DNA from: Hypanus sabinus
Lineage: Eukaryota
Direction of reading: 5' to 3'
Assembly: GCF_030144855.1 (NCBI RefSeq)
Contig: NC_082708.1
Span: 65,410,001 to 65,474,000, forward strand
Length of the DNA: 64,000 nucleotides
A model generated the notes under the pieces. That model was given only the letters and a program-made list of their open reading frames with translations. It made no database searches and had not been told where the DNA came from. This document shows, one piece after another, positions 1 to 41,642 of this stretch (position 1 is the first letter of the stretch; each line of letters opens with the position of its first letter). Made by a program: the position numbers and the translations under genes.

Positions 1-1584
1 TGCACGAATGTAAATCCTGTGACAATGCATCCTCTTTTATTTAAAAAAAAAAGCACCCTCATGGACAGCCTGAGGTAAGCTGTACATTCATCATGGAATC
101 AGAAGGGAGAAATTACAATCTTGATAATTAGTTTCCTGAAATTCAGTCATTGATGAAATGCTATCAGCAAGGAATATTTGAGATCTTCCCAATGAAAGTA
201 GATAATCGGAATATACTAGCTGATACTCTAGGTTTGGCAACATCTTAACAATATTAAAGGTGATGGTATCAAATTTTGCACAATAAATGTGTTTAAGGCA
301 CTGCAGCAATAATGTAAGTTCAATCTTCATGTTTTAAGTAACACAATTGTATGCTTTAGAGTAAAAAAAACTGGTTTCAAGTCAGTGAATGTTCATTATA
401 ACTAGAAGTCAGAGATGCACGTCTAGAAATTAATCCAGTCCTATATAGCAGCAGTTCTACATTATATTCCACTTCTGGAAAAATATTTCACTGAGACTGT
501 CTTGAAAGGAACCAAAGATTTTGCAGGAAAGTAGCCCTCTGAGACCAGGCACCACTGGAATAAAGGGAGATATGTGAATTTTATGCAATACTGTGGAAAT
601 ATAATGAATTCATTGAGTTACCATAGGAGATAGGGTCTTCAGAGGTCTGGTATTTAAATTGCCTTCCCGGCTGAAATAGTCATCAAAGCAAAATAATTAG
701 AAATTTCAGTGGACTGAATAAGGACTTTTGAATTCCAACCAAGTATAAAATCTGTGCTCATTATCCTGCCTTCACTTACCATATGAGCAGCAGCCACTAG
801 CATCAAAATTATGTGGTTATGTTTGCAAGAAGTTCCGCTTCCAGCTGTTGACAATCTAAAACCTGACTTAAGGCAGCATTTCCATTAGATTTTGATGCCA
901 TTAACAGTAGCATTCAACTTTATTTTCCTGAAACAAAGTAACAAAAGTTATTTAAAATGTAAATGATTTGAATTTCAATATTGAAATTATAACTTAAAAT
1001 AGATACAAACCCACATGCCCAATCTGTTTTTTGCTTCCATGTTATCTAAGAACATTTTCTGTTTTTTCCTCAATGATGTTATTTGTTTCTCCTCCTTCCT
1101 CTCTCTCATAATGATGCCAATAAGATCAGCAGCTTCTATTAATATGGCACCTTAAATATAGAAAAAATATCAAAGGCAATTTAAAGGAGCATCATGTAAG
1201 ATTTGTTACTCACATGCTGAGAGGTTTTGTTAAGGAATTCTAGCACTTGGGTCTGGACAGTGGAAGGCAAAGTGATTTAAAATGGGGCTGCACAAGAAGT
1301 TAGACATAGAGTACTTCAGAGTGTAGACAAATCTAGAGGAAGTTACGAAGGCTGTGGGCAAGGGAGGAAAACAGTGAGGATATCACTGGCATGCGGTAAG
1401 TCCAGCTCTATCGCTATCAATAAACTCGCTGACGGGATAATCCTGCAGTACTTGATGTTCTTAGTATCCCACTGTGACTGGTGATCATATAAAAGACATA
1501 TGATATACACCTTTGATTGGATCAAAGGTGTACTTGATATTTGAAATGGAGTGGCTGCTGCCCCACCGTTTACTTCAAGAGACG

Positions 1585-1930
1585 CTGGGAAATAACTCCA
1601 GGGTTGTCAAAATAATGGCATGGTGTAGCGGTCGTCCCGCCAGCAACGCCACCGCTACGACCCATTTCCTGGCACATCCGAACCGGCTCACAATTAGATA
1701 GCCTACGGGGGTTTGCGAGCGCAGAGCTCGCAAACCCCCGTAGGCTATCTAATTGTGAGCCGGTTCGGATGTGCCAGGAAATGGGTCGCCACAATGGCAT
1801 CATTTACATCCATGTGAAAAATAGATCAAGCCTCAGTTTAAAGTCTCATTCAAAACTAAAACATCCCCATCTTAAGTGTCAACCTAATGCTCAAGTCTCT
1901 GGAGTCAAAAGTTGGATTCAAAACATTGCA
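1585..1930 (-). mobile_element. Decayed Deu-domain-type tRNA SINE, interrupted by the 1624-1793 insertion
   Basis: aaataatggcatgg|catcatttacatcca...gcctcagtttaaagtctcat...gctcaagtctctggagt resembles the shark DeuSINE as I remember it; a similar decayed copy lies near 43420-43690. Confidence 0.5.
1624..1793. mobile_element. 170-bp TG..CA insertion with 4-bp TSD (ATGG) containing a perfect 63-bp inverted repeat
   Basis: ATGG at 1620-1623 and 1794-1797; ends TGTAGCG..CGCCACA; arms 1658-1720 and 1726-1788. Confidence 0.8.
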
Positions 1931-2423
1931 ATTTGGATATGATTACATGACTAACGGCACCAAGTTAGTCACAGGATCTTAGCTTTTTTTTTGTGTGATC
2001 ACATTGTTTTTTTATAGACGAATATTATTGTTAGGCTAAGATCACATGATAAGCACTGAATGCCTCACTCACTGGAATATGGAGATTTGTTACATTTAAT
2101 AAGAAAAGTATTAGAGTAAGAGTGCGAGAGCAGGCTATGTTGAAACATTTCAGATCCTAACGGTCTTGATGAGGAGGATGCAGAGGGCGTTTCCTTTTGC
2201 AGGAAATTGCCTCTTATCGACTATCTATTGGTCTCTTCACCATAGTCCTTTGACTTAAGACACACAATACCCCGAAACAAAATATTTTGATTCATGTGCC
2301 TTACGCAAGTGCCTCTTTTAAAGAGACAATTATCATTGGAGGACATGAAGATGATTTCGACGTTACAATCCCACTAAATGGCAGTGTAGACTGGATCGAT
2401 CCAGTAACCTAGGCCTGGCTCCT

Positions 2424-2530
2424 AGTCCTGCCCAAGGGTCTCGGCATGAAACGTCGACTGTACTTTTTTTTCCATAGATGCTGTCTGACCTGCTGAGTTC
2501 CTTCAGCAATTTGTGTGTGTTGCCTGGCTC
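2424..2530 (+). repeat. Penelope-derived short repeat (pLTR end) with a decayed hammerhead motif
   Basis: agtcctgcccaagggtctcggcatgaaacgtcgactg...gatgctg...ctgctgagttcc; several related copies in the window. Confidence 0.7.
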
Positions 2531-2787
2531 TTAATTCCTCGGTCCCTACGTAACCAACAGTAGTTGGGCTACAGCGTTGAAGAAGGTAGTTCGCCACCAC
2601 TACCTCACTCTTGACACAGCTTACAGTAAAAAATTTTTGAAATGCTACCGCCCGATCTACGGAATAGACGAACAACCACAACCTGCACCCTTTCGAGACC
2701 ACAGCCACACTTCACGACAGCCGCTCTTCTTTTGCGACTTGGTGACGTCGCGGCTGTGTGGAGTGACGTCGACCCTTTGTGTGCATC

Positions 2788-33258
<30,471 letters not shown>

Positions 33259-33745
33259 AAAGAAATAAATTAAATGTTCTAATTCATGTACCAAAATACA
33301 AAAAGGAATTTTCTCAGCTTGTTTTGAAGAGTTTTTCACTTTCTTTATTGAATCTTCTGTCTTTGCAGATCTGCTCATGCAAACAGTGCAGTTACTTGAC
33401 TTATTCCTTTGTGCTGCTTGTGCTTTTATTCTGTCAATAAATATATATTTTTATATATTGTCTGCCTGTATGAAAATACTCTTGTTAAATCTTGGATGAT
33501 TTCACCTGCAATTACAATAAAACTGGTGTAATTACATTCAAAGCCTAGACCACTTGAAGAGTTGACTTTGCAGCAGTTAATGTTGAAAATATTTTTTCTT
33601 CCGTGATGCCTTTGCAATGGGCAAATGATGTGTTGAAACCAACAAAATACAGACCAAATGTTGGGATTTGACTGGGCAGCATTGGGGGTGATAAAGATTG
33701 AAGTTGTTAAAAAGGTTAGCTTTTTGTCAAATGTATATTAAAACC
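33259..33745 (+). terminator. EED 3' UTR with candidate polyadenylation signals (AATAAA at 33264, 33436, 33516; ATTAAA at 33737)
   Basis: Hexamers read directly; which one is used is unknown. Confidence 0.5.
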
Positions 33746-33764
33746 TAATGAAATGTAATTTTGC

Positions 33765-34004
33765 ATCAAATCAAATCAGTGAGGATTGTACTGGGCATGC
33801 CACAAGTGTCACCATGTTTCCAGAGCCAACATGGCATGACCACAACTCACTGACTAACTAAGCAGCTTTTGGAATGAGGGAGGAAACTGGAGGAATCCCA
33901 CCATCACAGGGAGAATGTACAAATTTCTTACAATAGTGGAAATTGAACCCCAATCTTACAGCTGACGCTGTGATGCAATTACGCTAATCTCTATGCTACC
34001 ATGC
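33765..34004 (-). mobile_element. tRNA-derived V-SINE (HE1-like)
   Basis: Minus strand starts ggcatggtagcatagag (A box) ... ggggttcaatttcc (B box), then V-domain-like tgtacattctccctgtg...gtttcctccc. Confidence 0.7.
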
Positions 34005-34127
34005 CAATAGACTGATATCTCTGCCATAAATTTCTTTGATTCTGATAAATCCATCTGAATTTGTATCCTTCCCTGCTCATTACTAATTCTTCTATCCGCT
34101 TAGTTACAAAAATGGCCAGATGATTTG

Positions 34128-34243
34128 CAAACACAAAAGAATCTGCAGATACTGGAAACCCAGAGGAACTCAGCAGGTCAGGCAACATCAATGGAGAGAA
34201 ATAAACAGCCGTTGTTTCGAGCTGAGACCCTTCATCGGGACTC
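34128..34243 (-). repeat. Penelope-derived short repeat with hammerhead-like motif
   Basis: revcomp gagtcccgatgaagggtctcagctcgaaacaacggctg. Confidence 0.7.
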
Positions 34244-34249
34244 CGGAGG

Positions 34250-35150
34250 AGGAGGATTTGCACCTCACTTGGCAAATGGCTTCTTGACTTCCTAATCAGG
34301 AGACTACAGGCAGTAGGAATTGATGATAACATCTTGTTGACAATCAACTCAAGTGCATCTGAGGGATGTGTGGTTAGCTCATTGCTCTGCTCTCCACACA
34401 GACAACTGTGTGGCTAAGTACACGTCCAATTCCATCTATAAATTTGCAGATGACACCACTGGTTGGTAAAATCTAATGATGATGTGGGTCTCCTTGATTG
34501 TCTGGTTGGGTGGTGTTGCAATAACAACCTTGCACTTGATGTAAGCAAAATCAAGGAACTGATTGTAGACTTAAGGAAGGGGATATCAGGAGAACACGCA
34601 TCAATCCTCTTTGAGGCCTCAGTAGTGGAAAGGGTGAGCCACCACAAATTCCTTGGTGCAACATCTCAGAGGATCTATCTTAGGCCCAACATAATGATGC
34701 AATCACAATGAAGGCAAGCCAGTGACTGTACTTTGGAGTTTGAGATCTGGTATGTCACCAAATTTCTACAGATGTACCATGAAGAACATTCCGACTGGTT
34801 GCTCCACCATTCGGTATGGTCACACCAATGCAAGGAATCATAAAAGGCTTCAGAGGATTATAGACTCAGTCAGGGCTTTACCATTGGCACTAGTGTTCCC
34901 CCCCCCCCCCCCCCATCAAGGACATTTTCAAAAGGCAGCATCCATTATGAAGGACCCTCACCATCCAGGATAGGCCCTTTTCTCTTCACTACCATTGACA
35001 AGGTACACGGGCCTTAAGACCAACACTCAATATTTTCCGAAGTTTCTTCTGGTCTACCATCAGATTCCTGAATGGTCCGTGAACAGTTAACTACCTCGTG
35101 ATCCCCTTTTGCACTACTTATTTTCTGTTTTTGTAATTTTCAGTAATCTG
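34250..35150 (+). mobile_element. Rex1/Babar-type LINE 3' fragment
   Basis: KFADDTT-like, WCCNNNLALDVSKIKELIVDLRK, HKFLG. Confidence 0.8.
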
Positions 35151-35169
35151 TTAGCCTACATCAGAGCTA

Positions 35170-35710
35170 AGGCCCTCCTTTGGTCAGGGTCAAATATGGT
35201 TATTGCATCCTAGTTGTATATGTGATACGCAAACCAAGGCAGTACAATATGGAGAACAAGCTATTGCCCACACAGCAAGTTACCCCTCTCCATGCAGCTG
35301 ATGAATCTAAAGGAATGACAGAGGCTGATACAGTTGGGTACCATCAGCGTCACAGGCTGCTTTAGGGCCTCCCAACTCCTGAATTTTCCTCTGGGTTTAC
35401 TCCCAAAACCTTCCCTGTGAGTGATATAGTGGCATGGTAGCGGAGGTTTGAGATTATAGTTTTCCTTCTAGAGCTGCCAACCATGGCTGTTGAGCCCCCT
35501 CTGCCCAAAATGACTGGTTTTAAAGTGCCAGTAATTTGCTTTTGCCCCTTCTAATAGTAGAAATGGTTCTGCTGGGCTTATTAGCTAATGAAGGCCAGGA
35601 GCTGAACTTGGTTTTCAGAGGCTATTTTAGACACACACCATTGGGAACATTTGATAGGTAGTGAGAGCTTATCCCCACTACCTCCCCTGGCTAGGACAAC
35701 TAAAGATACT
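35170..35710 (-). mobile_element. RTE-derived non-autonomous repeat, copy 2
   Basis: Same family as the 27935 and 39470 copies. Confidence 0.65.
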
Positions 35711-36139
35711 GCTGGAAAGCAACAAATTTCCCAACTGTCAGTACAATAAATCCACTTCCGATTAAAAAGCAAAATGACAAGTGCTGGAAACTTGCAAGAT
35801 AATGAAATGCTGGAATTATTCAGAAAATTGGCATCTGTGGAAGAGTTAACATTTTTGATTAATGACCTTCAATTGGCCTGAAGATACTTCTATTTAAATT
35901 TGTCCTGTTCTCATTGAAATCCATTTTAAACTCCATTCATAAAACGGTTGATAGGCAGATATTGTTTGAGCTACCTTGGACCATCAATGCACTTTTCATT
36001 TCACTAAATACACTTGTATCATTTAGTCAAGCATGTGGCATGAAGCCCATAATAAATGCATATTGAACCACTCATCTTGGAGTGGGATGTGTGCCAGTGG
36101 GATTGAAGCTGAGCCCAAAGTATTGAGTTCTAAAGATAG

Positions 36140-38580
36140 AATGTTCCAAGCAAATTTATTATCAAAGTACATATATGTCACTATATACAACCCTGAGATT
36201 TATTTTCTTGCAGGCACAATCAGTAAATCCATAATAGAATAAAAATGAAAGACCACACAAACTTGAGAGTTCAACCTGTTTATGGAAGACTCCAAACTGC
36301 AAAAAAAAGAAGAAAAAAGCAATAAATATTGAGATGATGAGTCCATAGGTTGTGGGAACATTTTGGTGACGGGACAAGTGAAGTTATCCCCTTTGGTTCA
36401 AGAGCCTGATGGTTGAGGGGTGGTAACTGTTCCTGAACTTGGTCGTGTGAGTCCTGAGGCTTCTATACCTTCTTCCTGATGGCATCAATGAAAAGAGAGC
36501 ATGCCGTGGGTGGTGTGGGTCTCTGATGATGGATGCTGCTTTCCTGCAACAACACTGTGTAGATTTCTCAAAGGTGGGGAGGGCTTTACCTGTGATGGAC
36601 TAGGCCATATTCACTACTTTGTATAGGATTTTCTGTTCAAGGGCATAAGTGTTTCTGTACCAGTCTATGATGCAGCCAGTACAGTAATATACTTTCCACC
36701 ACACACCTCTAGAAGTTTGTCAGAATTTTATATGTCATACCAAATCTTTGCAAAATAAGAAAGTAGAGGGAATGTCGTGCTTTCTTTGTAATTGTACTTG
36801 CATTCTGGGCCTAGGACAGGTCCTACAAAACAATAATACCAAGAACGTTTAAGTTGCTGAACCTCTCCACCTATGATCCTCCAATGAGGACTGGCTCTTG
36901 GACCCCTGGTTTCCTCCCCCTGAAGTCAATACTCGGCTCCTTGATTTTGTTGACATTAAGAGGTTGTTGTTATGATACCACTTAAGACAACAACATCTGC
37001 AAACTTGAATATGGCATTGGAGCTGTGCTTAGTCACTCAGTCATGTGTAAAATGAGTAGAGCAGGGGACTAAGCACACAGCCTTGTGGAGATCATGGGGA
37101 TGTTGTTGTAAATCCAAACTGGGGTCTAAGTGAGGAAATTGAGGATCCAATTGCACACAGAGGTATTGAGGCCGAGGTCTTGAAACTTATTGGTTAGTTT
37201 TGAGGGGATGCTGAGCTGTTTCAATAAAGAGCATTCTGATGTATGCATCTTTGTTGTCTAGATGTTCCAGAGTTGAGTGAAGAGCCAATGAGATGGCATC
37301 TACTGCGAATCTGTCACTCCTGTCGGAAAATTACAGCAGATCCAAATCACCAACCTCTCAACACTTCATCACTGGATTTAAGTGCTACTGGATGACAGTC
37401 ACTAAGGCTGGTTATCACATTCTTCTGAGGCACTGGTGTAATTGAAGCCTGCTTGAAGCAGGTGTGTACCTCAGAATGATGCAGGGAGAGGCTAAAGATA
37501 TTGTTGAGCAGTCCAGCCAGTTGATCAGGACAGATCTTTAGTACTTGGCCAGGTATTCTGTCAGGGCCAGATGTTTCTCATGGGTTCTGTTCACACATTG
37601 GCCTCAGAGACTGAAATCACAGGATCATGGATTTCATGATGGTTCCTTCATGTTTTGATGGTCAAAGTGAGCATAGAAAGCATTGAGGTCTAGATGAAGC
37701 GAAGCTCTGTTGTTGCCTATATTGTTTGATATAACTCTATAGGAGTTGATAGTATTCAAGCGCTATGATAACTGTTGGGAATCCTGCATTCATTCAAATT
37801 TAGTCCAGAATTATTACTTCGCCTGTGAGACGGCTTTCCGGAGATCGTACCTGGACCTCTTGTAACATTGTTTGTCACCTGACTTAAATTCCTCAGGCTC
37901 TCAGCAGATTGCGGATCTCATGGTTCATCTAGGGCTTCTGAAAATCCATAATAGGGCATCTGGGAAAATCTCTGAATGACACTTGTCAACAGCTATAAGT
38001 CTGTGACAACCATCATGTATTCATACAGATCCACAGACGAGTCCTTGAACACAGCCTAGTCCACCAACTCGAAGCAATCCTATAGTTGCTCCTCTGCGTC
38101 CCATGCCCACTTCTTTGTTGTCCTGATCTCTAGAGCTTCGTTCTTTAGCCTCTGCCTACGGTATATGCAGGTAGGAGAAGGACAGCCAAGTGATCAGGTT
38201 CACTGAAATGCATTCTGGGCATAGAGCATTCCAACTAGGCATTCCTTACCTAGTTCCTTGCCTAGTGTTTTGGGACCTTCGGTGCTACAGGTTATATGCT
38301 AATAGTAAATGGGCAGGTTTTTCTTCAAGCAAGCCTGGTTGAACTCTGATTATGATTTGAAATGCTTCTGGATAGATTTCCTTGTTTGGTGATGGCATCA
38401 TATCTCAAGTGCTCGAGAACTCCCTAGGTAAATAGAACAGATGGCATTAGGTGTTCAAGATCAGAGGAACACATGTTCAACAAAACTGGCACATTGGCAC
38501 ACAACCAAGAGTTTATCATGAAACACACCTCCACCTTTTGCCTTTCTGAATCAGCAGTTCAATTCATACTGTGAATCAAG
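36140..38580 (-). mobile_element. Decayed Rex1/Babar-type LINE, same family as 23235-25910
   Basis: Colinear similarity with the intron-7 copy from the 3' tail to the APE region. Confidence 0.85.
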
Positions 38581-39170
38581 AAGCCTTCAGGCTGTTTCTG
38601 TACAAGTTGTACAAGATATTGATGAGACCTAATTTGCAGTATTGCATCCAATTCTGATTACCTACCTACAAGAAAGTTATCAATAAGATTGAAATAGTAC
38701 AGAGGAAAATTACAAGGATATAGCTGGGAATTGAAGACCCAAGTTATAGTGAAAGTTTGAATAGGTTAGGAATTTCTTTCCACAGTGAAGGAGAATGAGA
38801 GGAGTTTTGATAGAGGTGTAAAAGTTATGTGGTGTATCAAAAGGGAAAATGCAGGAAGGCTTTTTCCACTGAGATTAGGTGAGACTAAATCTAGAAGTCA
38901 TAGATTAAGGGTGAAAAGTGAGAACTTTAAGGGGAACATGGGGAACTTCTTCACTCAGAGGTGATGGGAATGTAAAGTGAGCTGGCAGTGGAGTGGTTGT
39001 TGCTGGTTCGATTTAAACATTACTGTAAAGTTTGGAGAAGTACGTGGATGGGAGAGGTATGGGGGCTATGGTCCAGATACAGGTTGATGGGACTAGGCTG
39101 AATAATAGTTCAGCATAGTCTAGATTGGCTGAAGGGTCAGTTTCTGTACTATAGTGTTCTATAACTATTA
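38581..39170 (+). mobile_element. CR1 3' fragment
   Basis: LYKILMRPNLQYCIQF-like segment and CR1 3' tail. Confidence 0.75.
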
Positions 39171-39469
39171 TATTTACATTTTCAGAAAATCAGCTTTTTT
39201 CAGCCTTGTATCTTAAATTTCTCGTATCTGTTTTTGTGTCTCTCTTCCAGATTTTATGGTCTCCATCTTTATATATCTCCTCTGGACATATCTTTTGTTA
39301 TTCAGTAGCCTTTGAAGCCTCTTGTAGCCATCATGTAATCTCCTTTGGTCTTCACCCTATCATGGATCCTTTGGCCATTTCTAAATGGCCATTGAACACT
39401 ACCTCATCATTCCTTTTGTCTGCACAGTACTGCTGCCACCCACAACAAATTTCACATTTATCAGTAATT

Positions 39470-40275
39470 TTGCGGCCCTCCGTTGGTTGGGATAGACCAT
39501 GGATATTGCATCCTAGCTGTCTACATGATACACAAACCAGGGTAGTATAATATGGAGAGCAATTTGTTGCCCATGCATCAGCCTTCCCCTCTCCATGCAG
39601 CTGATGAATTCAAAGGAACAGCAGAGGCCAATACAATTTGCATCGCAGGAGTTGCCAGTCAAAGTTGAACCCAACGTAAGACTGCTTTAGGGACTCCTGC
39701 TCCCGATTTTTCCTGGGGGTTGTGGTGAACTACATATACCTGTCTGGACATGCCCCTCTGCTGACTGCTCCTGTGGCTCCTCCCACAGACCCCTGTATAA
39801 AGGCGATTGGATCCACTGCTCCTCCCTCAGTCTCCAGGATGTTGTGTGGTGGCCTCTTGCTGCTAATCGTGGTCTCTTGCAGCTAATAAAAGCCTATCGT
39901 TCGCCTCCCATCTCCAAGAGTTATTGATGGTGCATCAGGGGTTTACTCCTGAATCCTTCCCCATGACTGGCTATAGCTGCAAGGCAGTGGAGGTTTGGGA
40001 TCAAAGCTTTCCTTTGCCTAGGCGCACTGTCAACCACGGCTGACAGGCTCCATCTGCCTAAGAAGTCTGATTTTAAGGTGTATCTAACCCACATTTGCCT
40101 CTTCTCCTGTCAGTAGAACAGTTCTGTCATGCTTAGTAGCTAAGCTATATGTGAAGGCCAGGAGCTGAAGTTGCTTGTCAGAGACTATTTGAGACGCACA
40201 CCACTGAGAACATTTAATAGGTAGTGGACCATATCCCCACTACCTCCCCTGGTTATAACAATCTTAAGGAACCTT
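39470..40275 (-). mobile_element. RTE-derived non-autonomous repeat, copy 3, interrupted by a solo LTR
   Basis: Family match; the host resumes after the GGGGT TSD. Confidence 0.7.
39721..39937 (+). mobile_element. Solo LTR, 217 bp, 5-bp TSD GGGGT
   Basis: TG..CA ends; TATAAA at 39796; AATAAA at 39885; TSD at 39716-39720 and 39938-39942. Confidence 0.9.
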
Positions 40276-40494
40276 GTCAGTAATAATGTAATAGAGTGCT
40301 GTAGATTCCTCTGAGTGAGGAACACACATTCAGGATTCCTGGAAGCAGAACCTCTTTGTATGTTTGTACAAATTTTCTAAGTTTTGAAGCAATGTTCTTT
40401 CATGCTTCTCGAGTAATGATTTCATGCCAGGTCTGTCTAATCCCCCTCAAAAGACAGTTCCACCATCCAAAAATCAGGTGAACCTTCCAGAATA

Positions 40495-40590
40495 ACACAC
40501 TAAATACTGGAGGAACTCAGCAGGTCAAGCAGCATTAATGGGGCGGAATAAGCAGTAGACATTTCAAGCAGAGACCCTTCACCAGGACTG
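40495..40590 (-). repeat. Penelope-derived short repeat with hammerhead-like motif
   Basis: revcomp cagtcctggtgaagggtctctgcttgaaatgtctactg. Confidence 0.7.
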
Positions 40591-41399
40591 GCTGGTGAAA
40601 CTTTCAAGATTAAAGAGAAAAAAGATGAAAAGGATGTTATATTGTTAGAATAAGAAATTCGAACTTATGTTAATTTCTATGCGTACTGCAAATTCATTCC
40701 ACACCATACACTATGAAAGCAATACACAATGTTTAGTTAAACTCATGATAAAAGGTTTAAGAGTTTGAACAGAAAATCTTTAACTAAAATCTTATGTGTC
40801 AAACTGGGGCCTGGAAAATAAATCAGGATTCACTGAAGTTACAATAATTTGATGTGATGCTGCAATAGGAAGCGATGCATCAGTGCCCTTGAGTTCTATG
40901 GAAAGCAACCTCTCATTGCTTCAGGAACCTTTCCAATGCATCGGGTTCAAGTCCGTAAGAAACAACAGCGAAAAAATGGCAAAACCGATCAAGCTTCAGC
41001 AATCGGACTGAGGAAGTGTGAGAAAGGCTGCACACCTGCATTTTAGACAGAGGTTCCTTTATTGAAGCAAGAACTTTCACTAAACTGTAAGTGGAGACGA
41101 CAGTTTAATCAATCTTCTTTGCAAAGAGATTTCAGAAAGACCGATCATTCAATTTCAGAGGACCAGGTTCTGAAGCTTGTTGATTAGTACTGATGAGACA
41201 ACGGTGTTGCTTAATGTTTACTTGGAGCCGAACTTTCCGCTGACACCAGGGACTTTCAAAACGCAAGGAATTGAAGCAAATACAGCATTCTCTGATGATA
41301 TTTATTGACGAAAGCCGGTAATAAAATCTATCTGCAGCAAAAGTCAGGTGCCAACCAAATAATTTATGCAATTAATTTTCAGTGAAGTAAGTGCAGACT

Positions 41400-41612
41400 G
41401 CCTGGGAAAGACGCTTGGGAGAGCGGTTACCACGGGAACAGTGGTTTGGGGAGCGCTTCCGGTGTGAAAGGTCGGAGGGCGGTGGCCGTGTTGCGGGTTC
41501 GAGAAGATTCTGCGTTTGCTAGTGAGAGAAGGGGGAAAGGAGCATTAACATGTCAGAGATTGTCTGGAGTTGTGTCCGAGACACTGAGTGACAGCGCATC
41601 TGTTGGGACACC
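41400..41612 (+). promoter_or_regulatory. HIKESHI CpG-rich promoter/5' UTR: RFX-like X-box (41426-41439), ETS site CTTCCGG (41456-41462), heat-shock element gTTCgaGAAgaTTCt (41497-41511)
   Basis: Motifs read directly; the HSE is a perfect nTTCnnGAAnnTTCn. Confidence 0.75.
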
Positions 41613-41642
41613 ATGTTCGGGTGCCTGGTTGCAGGTCGATTG
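41613..41642 (+). CDS. HIKESHI: HIKESHI exon 1 coding part ([10 protein letters not shown])
   Basis: Kozak caccATG, GTAAGT donor. Confidence 0.96.

Noticed and set aside
1751-1760. AATTGTGAGC matches a lac operator half-site, mirrored at 1686-1695
   Set aside because: Only 10 bp match, the rest of lacO and any vector context are absent, and the mirror copy is just the hairpin arm.
2371-2386. CTCF-like CCACTAAATGGCAGTG upstream of EED
   Set aside because: It lacks the nearly invariant G of the central AG; too weak without data.
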